A stretch of 64,000 nucleotides of DNA from Octopus vulgaris. Lineage: Eukaryota. The stretch is taken from NCBI GenBank assembly GCA_951406725.2, contig OX597825.1, positions 62,062,001 through 62,126,000 on the forward strand, written 5' to 3'. The notes under the pieces are model-generated. The model was not told the origin of the DNA and searched no databases. It was given only the letters and a program-made list of their open reading frames with translations. Positions 11,360 to 24,458 of the stretch are shown here, in pieces (within the stretch, counting starts at the first letter, position 1; the number at the start of each line of letters is the position of its first letter). A program made the position numbers and the translations under genes.

Positions 11360-13820
11360 TTAACATCCGTTTTTCCATGCTGGCATGGGTTGGATGGTTT
11401 GACAGGAGCATGTCTGTTTCTATGGCTGGATGCTCTTCCTAATGCCAACCACTTTACAGATTATTGGTGCGTCTAAGTAACGCAAGCATTAATGCATTTT
11501 ATGCGACACTAGCATGAGTGCCTCTTATGTATAACCAGCATGAGTGCATTCTATGTGGCACTGGCACCTACAACACAAAACCCTCTCAGCTGGGTGTGGG
11601 AGTGGGTGCATGGCCTATGCTAAATATTGCATCTAAATTTTTCATAAATTACACCCTGCTACCTTAAAAATTGAGGACTACTTTGGTTAATGTAGTTCTT
11701 GGTATACAATACTTGAGAGTAGGATGGGTCATTCAGGGCTGGCTTGCTCAGTTAAAGATGAACTGGGCACTAGACAGAAACAAAGCAAAACTAGCTATTT
11801 AGATGTGGCAAGCTAGTATAAGAAATAATACCCATGTTTAAATATATTTATGATGTCATCTTCAATAGGAAGGAATATACAGATTGGTAAATAAATAGTA
11901 AAAGCATACAAACTGGTGTTGTTCTACTGATCGCTAGATAAATATTTTCATGTTAGAAATTAATTTTAGTTTGTCTTTTATTTCGGAAGAATTTGCTTGT
12001 TAGTATATTCTTTATCATCAAATATTCTGTTAAACAATTAACTAAAATCAAAAATGTTTAAAACTTGAAGCAAACTTTATTCCAAGATTAAAATTACTGA
12101 CAAGGAACAGTTACCGCTTTGAAGCTGTTAATTTTTCCAGTAAAACCTATCAGTTCCATTTTTTAAAATATACAATGATTTGACATTTTAACTGCTTTGA
12201 TAAAATAGCTTTATATCTAAGTTGTTTTAAATAAAATAGTTTTTATCAAATATTAGCGTAAACTATATCTTTGCCATCTCTATAATAGAAATGATTGTAT
12301 TTAAATTAGGAATATTGGCAGAGTTAGTGCTAATCTTCTCAATTTACATTTCATCATACAGTTTTCCCTCTACAGATATGAAAATAAATAAAAGTTTTAA
12401 AATTTTCTTTTTTAAATAAAAGCCATATAATCATGGTTATTGTTATATGACATATTTAAAATGGCTGCCATGAATCTTTCATCAGAGCAGTTAATTTTTC
12501 TCTCTAAGGAAAACATTTGCTTTATAAAAAATATATATAATAAGTATATCTATGATGTCAGTGAAACTCGTCTGGATGATACATTTAAGCTTAGAGCATT
12601 TCTGACACTAATCACTAAACCGCAGAACATAAAAAAAAATGGTATCTGATTAAGTCTAAATACACACCTTGCTAGTTCGTTGCTATTTCACCTCCTGTTC
12701 TCCCTCTTTCCCTCCTTTCAATGTCCACTTTTCTTATGCTTGCAATGGTCAAATACAAAACTTGCTGATGTAAGACTTCCCACAGCAGGATGCTTTTCCT
12801 GTTACCAAACTTTACCTGTTTCCAAGAAATTAAAAATTTCCCTTAGTTCTTCAAATAAGAAACAGATGAATATCAAGATATGCTTTTTCAGAAAGCTTGT
12901 CAGCAATGATAGAATTTGTATTAAGAAAGTCTTTGTTTTTAATCAGTACACAAATAGCAAGTCAAGGGGAGGACATGCACACACACACACACACACACAT
13001 ACAAGCACATACATACACAATGTGAGGCAATGCAGAATTGTTAACACACTGGGCGAAATGCTTAGCGGTATTTTGTCTGCTGCTACCTTCTGAGTTCAAA
13101 TTCCGCCAAGGTCGACTTTGCCTTTCCTCCTTTCGGGGAGATTAAATAAGTATCAGTTATGCAGTGGGGTCAATGTAATTGACTTAATCTCTTTGTCTGT
13201 CCTTGTTTGTCCCCTCTATGTTTAGATCCTCGTGGGCAATAATGAAATTTATATATATACATATCTTTTATCTTTTATCTTTTACTTGTTTCAGTCATTT
13301 GACTGCGGCCATGCTGGAGCACCGCCTTTATATATATATATATATGTATAGGCACACATATAAACAATAGGCATTTTATGGTTTCTCTCTGTGATGCCAC
13401 TGTGGAAGTTATCTGTTCAATAGACCATTGAGAAGAAGCCGTAATCCATATGGTTCCAAAGTGGTTCCTAACTAAACAGCAAACTCGTTTGCAGATAGAA
13501 AATTAACAGCTGAGTAATAATTTGGATCTGTAATCTATTTGATAATTGTTTCTAAATGTAAATCTGAAATTTAAATCTAAAATTTAAATCTGAAAAAATC
13601 TGACATGTGTACCAGAAAATACAGTATTTACAAGTTCCTTCAGTATATCAGTTTACTTGGTTTGTGATCACAGCTTGAAACATACCATTAATATTTTTCT
13701 TTCTTTTCATCATATATTCTCCAACAGCCTGTTAAAAAATCTCCAAGTCAAAAACTCAGCCTGTAATGATTCTGTAACAGAACAGAAATGAATTATAGAA
13801 AAAAAAAAAAAAAAAAACAA

Positions 13821-14096
13821 TTAGGTTTTCTCCCTTACGCTAGACAGTTCCTCATTTCTATTGAAATGAATGTTAACAAGGTTAGTACAATTTTTTCAGA
13901 ATCATGCATTTCAGAATTAGCTGACCAAGGCACTTTCATATGGCATTATGTTGTACAGGAAATTGAGACTTTACATTAATAATGCTATTAAATTCTCAAG
14001 GTTTTGGCTTAAGAATTTAAACGCATTATTAGGTCATGATTTTCTATTAATTTTATGATATCGTTTGACATATTCACATATAACATGAAGTAATTG
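13821..14096 (+). repeat. 276-bp segment duplicated in inverted orientation at 19449-19724
   Basis: Reverse-complement match with about 6 substitutions counted by eye. Confidence 0.95.
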
Positions 14097-16196
14097 AATC
14101 CTTTTGTAAGTGAGCCTAGTTCAATAATGATTACATTGAGGGGAAAAAAAACAACAAAATACTGCAGATCTGTAAAAGGAGTCTGTGTCAAACAATGCCT
14201 TAACGAATGCAATGTTTTTTGACATTTTGTCATAGAATAGATTACCAATTACATAAGTGAATGGAAATATTATCTTATTGACTGATAGCATAATACTGTC
14301 TTATATTATTTACAGAGTATAATATAAAGCTTTTCAAAGCAAGCTTTTGTTATAACATTGAACAACTAAATAACAAATACTCGTTTGTGTGAATAGTAGA
14401 ACTTGCAAAATCATCCTTGTAATATATGTGACAACAATAATAATCATTCTTCACATAGAATTTAATACCTATCAAATTATAGAATGAATTCAATTTAATT
14501 TGTCATTGTCCTCAATACACACACACACATACATATATATACATGCATACATACATATATATATATGCACATATATTATTCAAGCAAGTATACATACATT
14601 CATACATACATACAAACATACACACTCATATGTACATATACACATATATATCAAATGAGTAAAATTATGTTGTTGCTTGATGTGCAGCCTAAATAAAAAT
14701 ATGTTCTGATGTTTCCAAATAATTATTGTTCTATAAGGTTTCTATTTAATGACTATTAATTTACCTGTTCTTGTTGGTTTTCTTTACGCTGCCTGAATCT
14801 TTTTAACACCTGTTGTAAGAACTATTATTTAAATGATATCAAACTGTTTGATTGTTCTATGTTAATGATAATCATATATTAAAGAATTCAATTATTTTAA
14901 AATTACACTTCCAAATATGGTATAATTTTAGACTACTATAAAAATATATAATTTCCTTAAAGTATTGATTTTAGAAAATTTCTTTCTTGTCTTCAGAAAA
15001 GACATGTTCACATTCCAGTTTCCCCTGCAGCAATTAAATCGGCAGAACTGCAGGATTCCAGTTTATAATTGGAAATAACAATCAACATCAAGAGTTTCCT
15101 CTTTTGAAATTTAATTAAAATCTATTGAATAAAAAGGAAACTGTTATTCATTAAAGAGCTATATGCTTCCATAGACATGAATATGACAATTTAATATAAT
15201 TTACCTGCACAAATAATTAATGTGTAGAAATTGCTATTTTAAAGCCATGTTTAAATCTTTGTGATCTGTGTGGATAATGTAGGGAATGAGAACACTGGTA
15301 GCTTACCAGGTACGCGAATGTGTATGTGTGCTGTCTTAAGGGCAGGAATATTTTTATACCATTGGCACAGCAAATATTATTCTTATACTGAAACTTGAAT
15401 GTTGTTTTCCTGTCTGGTGTGGTGTCTGCTTCTTGAGAAGCATTCATTCAGTTGTCGTTATTGTCTAGGATTGGCACTTCTCCTCCAAGCCCTTGGGCTG
15501 CTGTCCAAGAATTTGGACCTGGTGATCTCCATTTCCAGCGACTTCAAGGGCCACCTCCCAGTGGTGTTGGGCACCAACGAAGAGCCCTTGACTACAACAA
15601 GACGACCAAAATTTTTTTTATTTTCAAGGTCTGGGGTCTCCTGCCCCTTACCTAATCACCCTTACCTGTCTTGTTGCTTAACAACAACAACAACAGCCCT
15701 TGGGCCAGTGCTGTCTAAAGGCATGGGATCAGTGGGCAATTGCCCCGAGGCCACATGGATTTATGGGTCCAGTTCTGATCTATATATATATATATATATA
15801 TATGCTGTAGCATACTGTCAATAAATATACACTCTTTGGATCAGTGATTGATTTGAGCAGTGGGGAGGGGTGGACAAATCAATGCTGCTAAGGTGGGTCT
15901 GCCTTAGAGTTTTGCTACTGTTTCTAACATTGGTTTCAAATTTTGGCTCAAGGCCAGCAATTTCGTGGAAGGGGCTAAGTTAATTACATAGAACCTAGTG
16001 TTAAATTGATACTTATTTTATCAATCCCCAAAAGATGAAAGGTAAAGTCAACCTCAGCAAAATTTGGATTAAATTCCAGTTAGCATTTTGCCTGGTAAGC
16101 TAACCATTCTTGATGTTTTTACATCACAGTCACTTAGCAGATCAGCAAAAGAGACTAATAGAATAAGTATGTGACTTCAAATTAAAAACGAAGGTA

Positions 16197-16536
16197 CTTT
16201 TTGGTTATCTCACTCCCATTAAAAAATTGGGTTATCTCCCCCAACTAAAAAAAATTGTTTAACCCTCAATAAAACAAAAGAATGAAAACAATTAATAAAC
16301 ATGAAGAGCGAAAAGATTAAAGATCTTACTGAATCTGATAACATTTTTATAACAAATCATACCATATAAAAGGCGTAGGAGTGGCTGTGTGGTAAGTAGC
16401 TTGTTTACCAACCACATGGTTCCAGATTCAGTCCCATTGTGTGGCACCTGGGGCAAGTGTCTGCTACTATAGCATCGGGCCGACCAAAGCCTTGTGAGTG
16501 GATTTGGTAGACGGAAACTGAAAGAAGCCTGTCGTA

Positions 16537-16578
<42 letters not shown>

Positions 16579-16966
16579 TATATATATCTATGTGTGTGTG
16601 TGTGTGTGTGTGTCCAACATTGCTTGAAAACTGATGCTGGTGTGTTTACGTCCCTGTAACATTAGCGGTTCGACAAAAAAGAACCAACAGAATAAGTACT
16701 AGGCTTACAAAGAATAAGTCCTGGGATTGCTTTGCTTGGCTAAAGGTGGTGCTCCAGCATGGTCGCAGTCAAATGACTGAGACAAGTAAAAGAGTAAAAG
16801 AGAATGCCTATTAAGGAGGCCAAACATCAACAATGTGCTGAAGTAATGAATCAAAAGACCTCACTCTTTTAATCCAATCTCTTGTCACAATAAACTCAAT
16901 ATTTTAGTGGGGAGATGACCCAGTTTTTAATGGCAATTTTTTAATGGGTGTGAGATAACCAAAAAG
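16197..16966. mobile_element. Non-autonomous TIR DNA element (TA-flanked, Tc1/mariner type) with a nested SINE B
   Basis: TIR CTTTTTGGTTATCTCACTCCCATTAAAAAATTG / CAATTTTTTAATGGGTGTGAGATAACCAAAAAG, with TA on both sides. Confidence 0.75.
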
Positions 16967-17264
16967 TACCAAAAAGAGGTACTGGAGTTCATTCATTTGA
17001 CTAAAATCCTTCAAGGCGGTGCCCCAGCATGGCCGCAGTTCAATGATTGAAACAAGTGGAAGATTAGTAATATCTATTAATTGTAGGAACACGTACATCT
17101 GTTTTGAATCCTTAAGTACTTTAGTGATGGGGTAGGGGAGTTAATGGTAGAAAAGGTAATTATACTTTTCTCAAGAGCATCTGTGATGTAAGTGAAATAA
17201 TTAGAAATGGGAATCAAATTGGAATGACCCAGTTCTTCGCTTCTCTGTTGCCAGGATTTGGATT

Positions 17265-17493
17265 TGTAATGACTATAATGATACTACTGATGACAACGAC
17301 AAAAATGACGACAACAACAACAACACTAACAACAACTGCTACTAATACTACTACTGTTACTAACACCACCACCACCACCACCATCACTACCATCAACAGT
17401 ACTGTTGCTGTTACTGTCACCACTGCCACCATCACCTCCATCATTACCTCCACCATTACCTCCACCACCACGACCACCACCACCACTACTACA

Positions 17494-17579
<86 letters not shown>

Positions 17580-17612
17580 CACTACCACCACCATTACTAC
17601 TACTCTACCACC

Positions 17613-17653
<41 letters not shown>

Positions 17654-17680
17654 CACCACCGCCGCTGCTGCTGCTGCTGT
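17265..17680. repeat. Compound trinucleotide microsatellite (ACT/ACC/ACA)
   Basis: Direct reading; explains the poly-T/V/L ORFs. Confidence 0.95.
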
Positions 17681-18244
17681 TTTTGTTGGACATATGCCTA
17701 TGATTGCAATTGATCTTTTTTTTTTTTTAATTGAGAGCAAAGGAAAATCTTTTTAGTGCCTTTTGGGCAACAAACTCACCAAAATGGTTAATTATTTCTT
17801 CCTCGTTTCTTTTTGTAATATTTCTTGAGAATTCAACATTGTGATTGTTGTAGTAAGGTTTCATTCAATCGCATGCAATGTCCTTCCATTCTGTTCAATG
17901 GAACTGTTTAAACCATTTTTCACCATTTAACCATTTTGATATCAACTTACCCAAATCTGCTCCTTGTTCTATACTACAAAGGTTCCGTTTTAAAGTGATT
18001 TCAGTTGTAATCCACTGACTATGGTACATCCATATTTTTGAGTTTGCATCACGATGCATCATTCATGGTATATGTTTCTATATTTAAAAGATGAAGAATT
18101 ATGTACGTTATTTACATAGTGGTTAAGAGCACTGGCTACTAACCCCAAGATTCTCAGTTTATGGTCTAAGCGCCAGTTTAATACTAACAATGTTATGTCA
18201 CTATGCATGTCATTGTTTTCAAAATTCATTGAAAATGTAGCAAT

Positions 18245-18605
18245 AGTACTGATGGTGGTGGCAGTGATGGTGGTGATGGTGGTGGTGGTGGTGGTGGTGG
18301 TGAAGGTGGTGATGATGATGTGGTGGTGGTGGTCATCATCATCGTTGTGATGGTGGTGGTCGCCATGATGGTGGTGATGGTCGTGGTGGTGGTCGTCGTT
18401 GTTGTGATGATGGTGGTGGTGGTGGTGGTGGCAGTGGTAGTGATGGTATTTGTAGTAATAATTGTTGACCAGTGGTGATGGTAGTAATTGCAATAGAGGA
18501 GGTGATAGTAGTAGTAGTAGTTGTATTAATAGTTATAGTAGCAGTAGTAACAGTATTAGTATTTCTGATGGTGTTAGTAGCAGCAACAGCAGCAGCAGTT
18601 GCTAT
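18245..18605. repeat. Compound (GGT/GAT/GTA/GCA)n microsatellite
   Basis: Direct reading. Confidence 0.9.
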
Positions 18606-19227
18606 GGCTAGGTGTCAGTAGCATTGTTGTTGTCTTTTGTTACCATATTTCAAGAGAAATGTTGTAATGGAAGTGATAAAGTACCTTGTGAGAGAATTTG
18701 GTGGATGGAAACTGAAAAAAGTTTAAAGGTGGCAAGCTGGCAGAAGCGTTAGCACACCAGGCAAAATGCTTAGCGGTATTACGTTCTGAGTTCAAACTCC
18801 GCCGAGATCGACTTTGCCTTTCATCCTTTCGGGGTTGATAAATTAAGTACCAGTTATGCACTGGGGTCGATGTAATCGACTTAATCCCTTTGATTGTCCT
18901 TGTTTGTCCCCTCTATGTTTAGGCCCCTTGTGGGCAATAAAGAAATAAGGAAACTGAAAAAAATTTTGTGTGTGTGAGTGTGTATGTATTTGTGTATCTG
19001 TGTGTATTTGTGTATGTGTGTGTGTGTTTGTGTATGTGTGTATGTTTGTGCATGAGATTGTGCATGTGTTTGTGTGTGTATGTGTGCGTGTTTGTGTGTG
19101 TGTGTGTGTGTGTGTGTGCGCATGTGTTTGTGTGTGTGTTTTTACCCCAATCAAGCTTATCTATGCCCTTGTAAACTTAGCAGTTCAGCAAAAATTGACC
19201 AATAAAATAAGTCTAGGCATTGATTTG

Positions 19228-19448
19228 TTTAACCCTTCAGCATTTAAACCAGCCATAGCTGGCCAAATAATTCTACATGTTTTATATCCCAACTGACCAG
19301 ATCTGGTCCCTCACACCTACCCAATAACATCATTCTAAAAATAAACAATCACATCATCAAAATTTTGAAACGACAAAATAATGCTTGTTTAATTGAAAAC
19401 AATATAAATCAATAAGTATTATTTTTGACAAAAAAATCTGAATACTAA
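19228..19448. mobile_element. TTAA-CCC MITE (piggyBac type), right end truncated
   Basis: Begins TTAACCCTTCAGCATT and ends AATACTAA directly at the inverted duplication. Confidence 0.5.
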
Positions 19449-19724
19449 CAATTACTTCATGTTATATGTGAATATGTCAAACGATATCATAAAATTAATA
19501 GAAAATCATGACCTAATAATGCGTTTAAATTCTTAAGCCAAAACCTTGAGAATTTAACAGCATTATTAATGTAAAGTCTCAATTTCCTGTACAACATAAT
19601 GCCATATGAAAGTGCCTTGGTCAGCTAATTCTGAAATGCATGATTCTGAAAAAATTCTACTAACCTTGTTTACATTCATTTGAAAAGAAATGAGGAACTG
19701 TCTAGTGTAAGGGAGAAAACCTAA
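19449..19724 (-). repeat. Inverted copy of 13821-14096
   Basis: About 98% identical reverse complement by eye. Confidence 0.95.
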
Positions 19725-20434
19725 ACACTTCAAGGTGATGCTCCAGTATGGCCACTGTCCAATGACTGAAACAAGTGCATGATAAAAAGTAAACATAAAA
19801 AATATTTTTCTTAGATATTTTAAATTTGGTTTTGCCCACATCAGTATCCAGGATGATTCTAGCCGGCCCAAGATTTTGGAAAATTAATACTACTTTTCAC
19901 AAACGATGCAGTAAATTGAATCGGGCAAGGTTGGGATAAATTTCAACACATTTAAAACCATAAAGGAATTTTCAATTTTTCTACTGCTTTAATGTGTTTT
20001 GATCCATTTGAAATTTCTTGCAGTGTTATTGAGTAATTTGGAACGATTTCAAGTAGAGTAATTAGCAAATCTGTAGCATTTAAGTGCATTTTCAGCGTTT
20101 CCTGATACTTTAATACTTTCAAATTGATTTTATACTTTATATGGTTTAAATAAACACTTTTTATTACAATGAGACCAGCTCCTGTCGATGATACTATGAA
20201 GAAGTAACAGAGACCTTGCCTATTGTACATTTAATGAATTTTTAAGCTTTTTTCGTTAATAGCAGTTATATAGGTATAGAAATGACAGTGTGGTAATTAG
20301 CTTGCTTACCAACCACATGGTTCCGGATTCAGTCAAACTGCATGGCATCTTGGGCAAGGTTCTTCTACCAAAGCCTCAGGCCAACCAAAGTCTTGTGAGT
20401 GGATTTAGTAGATGGAAACTGAAAGAAGCCCGTC

Positions 20435-20465
<31 letters not shown>

Positions 20466-20531
20466 CACTTGTATATCGTTGGCGATTTTCTTTCTCCGTC
20501 TTCCGTTCCTTGGACCTTTCCTTTTTCTATG

Positions 20532-20564
20532 TTTCTGACAAAGAACTCCACTCGAAACATTAAA
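20532..20564 (+). ncRNA. Degenerate minimal hammerhead motif in a PLE-like fragment (20460-20665)
   Basis: TTT-CTGACAA-A-GAACTCCACTC-GAAA-CA-TT-AAA; most deviations from CUGACGA...GAAACGUU are consistent with CpG decay. Confidence 0.5.
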
Positions 20565-20755
20565 TTCTCCTTCTTTTTTCCCTTTCCTGAGTGTCCAATA
20601 ACACTATATATGTTCAACGTCGTCGCGTTGTTGTGTTTTCCCTTTGTTCATGTTTGGATTAACTATATATATACATATATGTATTTATATGCATGCGTGT
20701 GTGTGTTTGTGAGTCTGTGTTTGTCCTCACAACATTGCTTGAAAACAGATGCTGG

Positions 20756-21072
20756 CAGTGGCAGATTGGCCAGGTTGTCAGCTTTCCTGATGGCACATGG
20801 GTCCCTGTGTCATTAAAATCCATATATGGGGGCCCATGTTAGTATCTAAGGGGCTTATCCTCTCAAGTCTGAGAATTTTTTATTCACTCCTGGAAAAATG
20901 CATTAATTGTTTCAGCCTGGCTGTGTTTATAGACAATTGAAAAGAATACTTTTAACATAAAAATATTAATTAAATTATAACATTGTAGTTGCAGGTGAGC
21001 TCCCCTGTAATTGCAGGTGGGCCCCCTTAGTCTCTTGGCGACCAATATTTTTTTAGACTCAGTCAACCACTG
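20756..21072. mobile_element. hAT-type MITE with 8-bp TSD
   Basis: TIR CAGTGGCAGATTG / CAGTCAACCACTG; TSD GATGCTGG at 20748-20755 and 21073-21080; inserted in SINE B. Confidence 0.88.
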
Positions 21073-21274
21073 GATGCTGGTGTGCTTACATCCCTGTAAC
21101 TTAATGGTTCGGCAAAAGAGACCGACAGAATAAGTACTAGGCTTACAAAGAATAAATCCTGGGGTCGATTTGCTTGACTAAAGGTGGTGCACCAGCATGG
21201 ACACCAGTTGGGGTGCTGTGGGTGCTTCTTGACTACACACCCATATATACAAATACACACACACACACACACAC

Positions 21275-21496
21275 ATAATCAAAATAAGCACCAATTATAT
21301 CCGAGGTAGAGTAGTAAAATTGTTTCATGCTACTTCATTTTATTAAACACTGTAAGGATTACATCAGTTTTAAAATGTTGAGCAATCTTCAGCCATTTTA
21401 AAACTGATGTAATACTTACAGTGTTTAATAAAATGAAGTGGCATGAAACAATTGTACTACTCTACCTCGGATATACTTGTTGCTTATTTTGATTAT
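21275..21496. repeat. About 220-bp foldback element
   Basis: Arms of about 105 bp that are near-perfect reverse complements; arms contain GAAACAATT(G/T)TA. Confidence 0.9.
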
Positions 21497-21634
21497 AATC
21501 ACCCCATTTGATTTATATGGGTAATACCATACAAAATTCTGGTGCCTTTGACTTAAGTACCATATTCATCTGAATCTAAATTTTGCAGATCTTATATACA
21601 CACACACACACACACATATATATATTATCTTTTG

Positions 21635-21676
<42 letters not shown>

Positions 21677-21872
21677 GTGTGTGTACATATGTATGCATAT
21701 ATGTATGTGTATATGTGTGTGTGTGAGTCTCAAACATGCTGTTAGTCTTTGGGCATAGGAATTTGAACCAAACTCTTTTGATTCTATAAATGTAACTCCC
21801 AATAAATGTGTTGAGTGCTCTTCTTTTGTTCGTCTGCTCACTTGTATATATATATATATGTGTGTGTGTGTG

Positions 21873-22178
21873 TGGAGGTGCAATGGCCTAGTGGTTAGGG
21901 CAGTGTACTCGTGGTCGTAGGATCGCGGTTTCGATTCTCGGACCGTGTGTTGTGAGTGTTTATTGAGCGAAAACACCTAAAACCTCCACGACGCTCTGGC
22001 AGGGGGTGGTGGTCCCTGCTGTACTCTTTCACCATTCTTTCTCCCACTCTTTCTTCTGTTGGCCTGCTCGTGTAACCAGCGGGGTGGTGTCATTCAAAGG
22101 CTAAAACAATGCGAACGCATTGTGACCAGCGATGTGTAACAAGATCTGATGGTCTGGTCGGTCACGTGATCACGTGAT
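21873..22178 (+). mobile_element. tRNA-derived SINE family D
   Basis: GGAGGTGCAATGGCCTAGTGGTTAGGGCAG...GGTTTCGATTC head; same head at 58105-58485 (-). Confidence 0.85.
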
Positions 22179-22304
22179 ATATATACATATAATAAATTTA
22201 GGGTGAATACTTGATAAGTGTAAGCACCTGTATACGTCAGCTAGTAGCAGAGGTGAGAGGGTGTATGTATCAAATGAAATCAAAAACAGAACACAGAGGA
22301 TATC

Positions 22305-22395
22305 GCGGTACACGTGTTTCAACCTTTATAAACGACCTATTCTTACATCATTGTATAATCGGCATAAAGGATGGTTTAAAGCTCTCTTCAGCCGC
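22305..22395 (-). ncRNA. Type I hammerhead ribozyme motif, extended stem II
   Basis: GCGG-CTGAAGA-GAGCTTTA...TAAAGGTT-GAAA-CACGTG-TA-CCGC; perfect stem I, canonical core, palindromic ACACGTGT stem III. Confidence 0.75.
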
Positions 22396-22465
22396 ATGCA
22401 ATTTTTATACCAAGGATTTCGGATTTTTCATAATGTGATGTAAATCTTTGGTATAACAATTGCAT

Positions 22466-22556
22466 GCAGCTGAAGAGAGCTTGAAACCCTCCTTTATGCC
22501 GATTATACAATGATATAAGAATAGGTCGTTTATAAAGCTTGAAACACATGTACCGC
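22466..22556 (+). ncRNA. Type I hammerhead ribozyme motif, extended stem II
   Basis: GCAG-CTGAAGA-GAGCTT...AAGCTT-GAAA-CACATG-TA-CCGC. Confidence 0.7.
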
Positions 22557-24458
22557 GATATCCTTTGTGTTCTGTTTTTGATTTCATTTGATATATATAT
22601 ATATATATATATATATATGGATACAAACATCTGTGTGTACATGTGTGTATGTTTGCATATGTATGTATACATGTACATGTGTGTGGGGTGCTTTTACTCT
22701 TGGGATTGTGCTGGTTGTAAAGTCATTGTCATACAATTCTGTATCATTCTCTAAAACTCTTCTATATAATTCTTGCCATCTAGTCACTGAAGAACAAGCA
22801 AAAACATTTAACTTACTTAGAGCAAGGTGAGTGCTAGCAACAGGAAAGGCATCCAGCCATAAAAATCTAGCACAACAAATTTTGCGTGACCTATGTATGC
22901 ATGCAAATGTGACATTATGATGATGATGGAGATGGTGTTGAGGTGAATTCAATATTATCAGGTGTGAAGCTTGTTCCCTTGTTTAATAGGTACTCAACAA
23001 GATTTACTTGAATGTGTAAAATATCACAAATAATATCTAACACTTGTACTCATCTCAGAAGTAAGTTAGAACTGCATGAAATCAGTTCTAGCTTCCTAGC
23101 ATTATTGTCAAGATACTTTACAACAGCAGGTTATATTAACAATGTGATATTATAATAGTAGATATTCAAATATTGTCCAAGTTATTGAAAATCATAATTT
23201 TGAAGAGTCAGTATCCAAATATTCCAAATATTCCTCGCTGCAGAGGTTGTTAGCTTAAGGAGTCACTCATCCATTGCTTCTAGTAAACACTGAGCTATTC
23301 TACTGCAGGTCACTATTCTACTGCATGGACACAGAATCTTTGTGAGCTCACACAATCTAGTGTTAGAATTTAATATAGGAATATGAGACAATTATAGAAT
23401 ATTCCATACTTCACAAACAATGCTACATCCTACTATTATCTTGCTATTGTTAAAACTCTCTCATGAGACAGAAGATACAGGTTTGGCTGTATGGTGTGGC
23501 TGTATGCTTCCCAACCACATGGTTCCAAGTTCAGTCCCACTGTGTGACACCTTGTTCAAGTGTTTTCTACGATAGCCTTGGGTCAATCAAAACCTTGCGA
23601 TTGGATTTGGTTGATGGAAACTGAAAGAAGCTTGTCTTACATTTTTTCTTTTAATTGTTTCAGTCATTTGACTGTCGCCATGCTGGAGCACCACCTTTCA
23701 TCGAGCAAATCGACCCCAGGACTTGTTCTTTGTAAGCCTAGTACTTATTCTATTGGTCTCTCTTGCTGAACCACTAAGTGACAGGGACGTAAACACACCA
23801 GCATCGGTTGTTAAGTGATATTGGGGGGACAAACATACACACACACACACGTATATATATACACGATGGGCTTCTTTCAGTTTCCATCTACCAAATCCAC
23901 TCACAAGACTTTGGTCAGCCCGAGGCTATAGTAGAAGACACTTGCCCAAGATGCCACACAGTGGGACTGAACCCGGAACCATGTTGTTTGTAAGCAAGCT
24001 ATTTACCACACAACAACTCTTGCACCTATATATATATATATTTATGTGTGTGTGTGTGTGTATTTCTGTCTGTGTTTGTCCCCCACTAACACTTGACAAC
24101 TGATGTTGGTGTATTTGCATCCCCTGTGACCTAGCAGTTTGGCAAAAGAGATCAATAGAATAAGTACTAGGCTTAGAAAATTAATACTGGGTTCGAGTAA
24201 TTTGACTAAAAATGCCACAATCTAATGATTGAAACAAGTAAGAAATAAAAGGTAATGGTTAATATGTATTATAACATATACTTACAGTAGGGCTCACAAA
24301 TTGGGGGTAAACAGAAGAGAGTGTGTGTGTGGTGACCCTAGGAGGATGATAAATGGTAAGTAAGAGGAGGGATTGGAAGAGTATGGCAGAGAATAGGGTA
24401 GAGGATAAGGATAAGTGAAATGAGAGAGACTTGAAAAGGGGATGTATTCTTGGATATA

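Larger units (their letters stand above)
22268..22593. mobile_element. Foldback element made of two divergent hammerhead-containing arms
   Basis: Inverted arms of about 150 bp, right end abutting (TA)n. Confidence 0.9.

Noticed and set aside
12550-12610. Possible C/D snoRNA (ATGATG...CTGA)
   Set aside because: Box C is non-canonical and the terminal stem is misplaced
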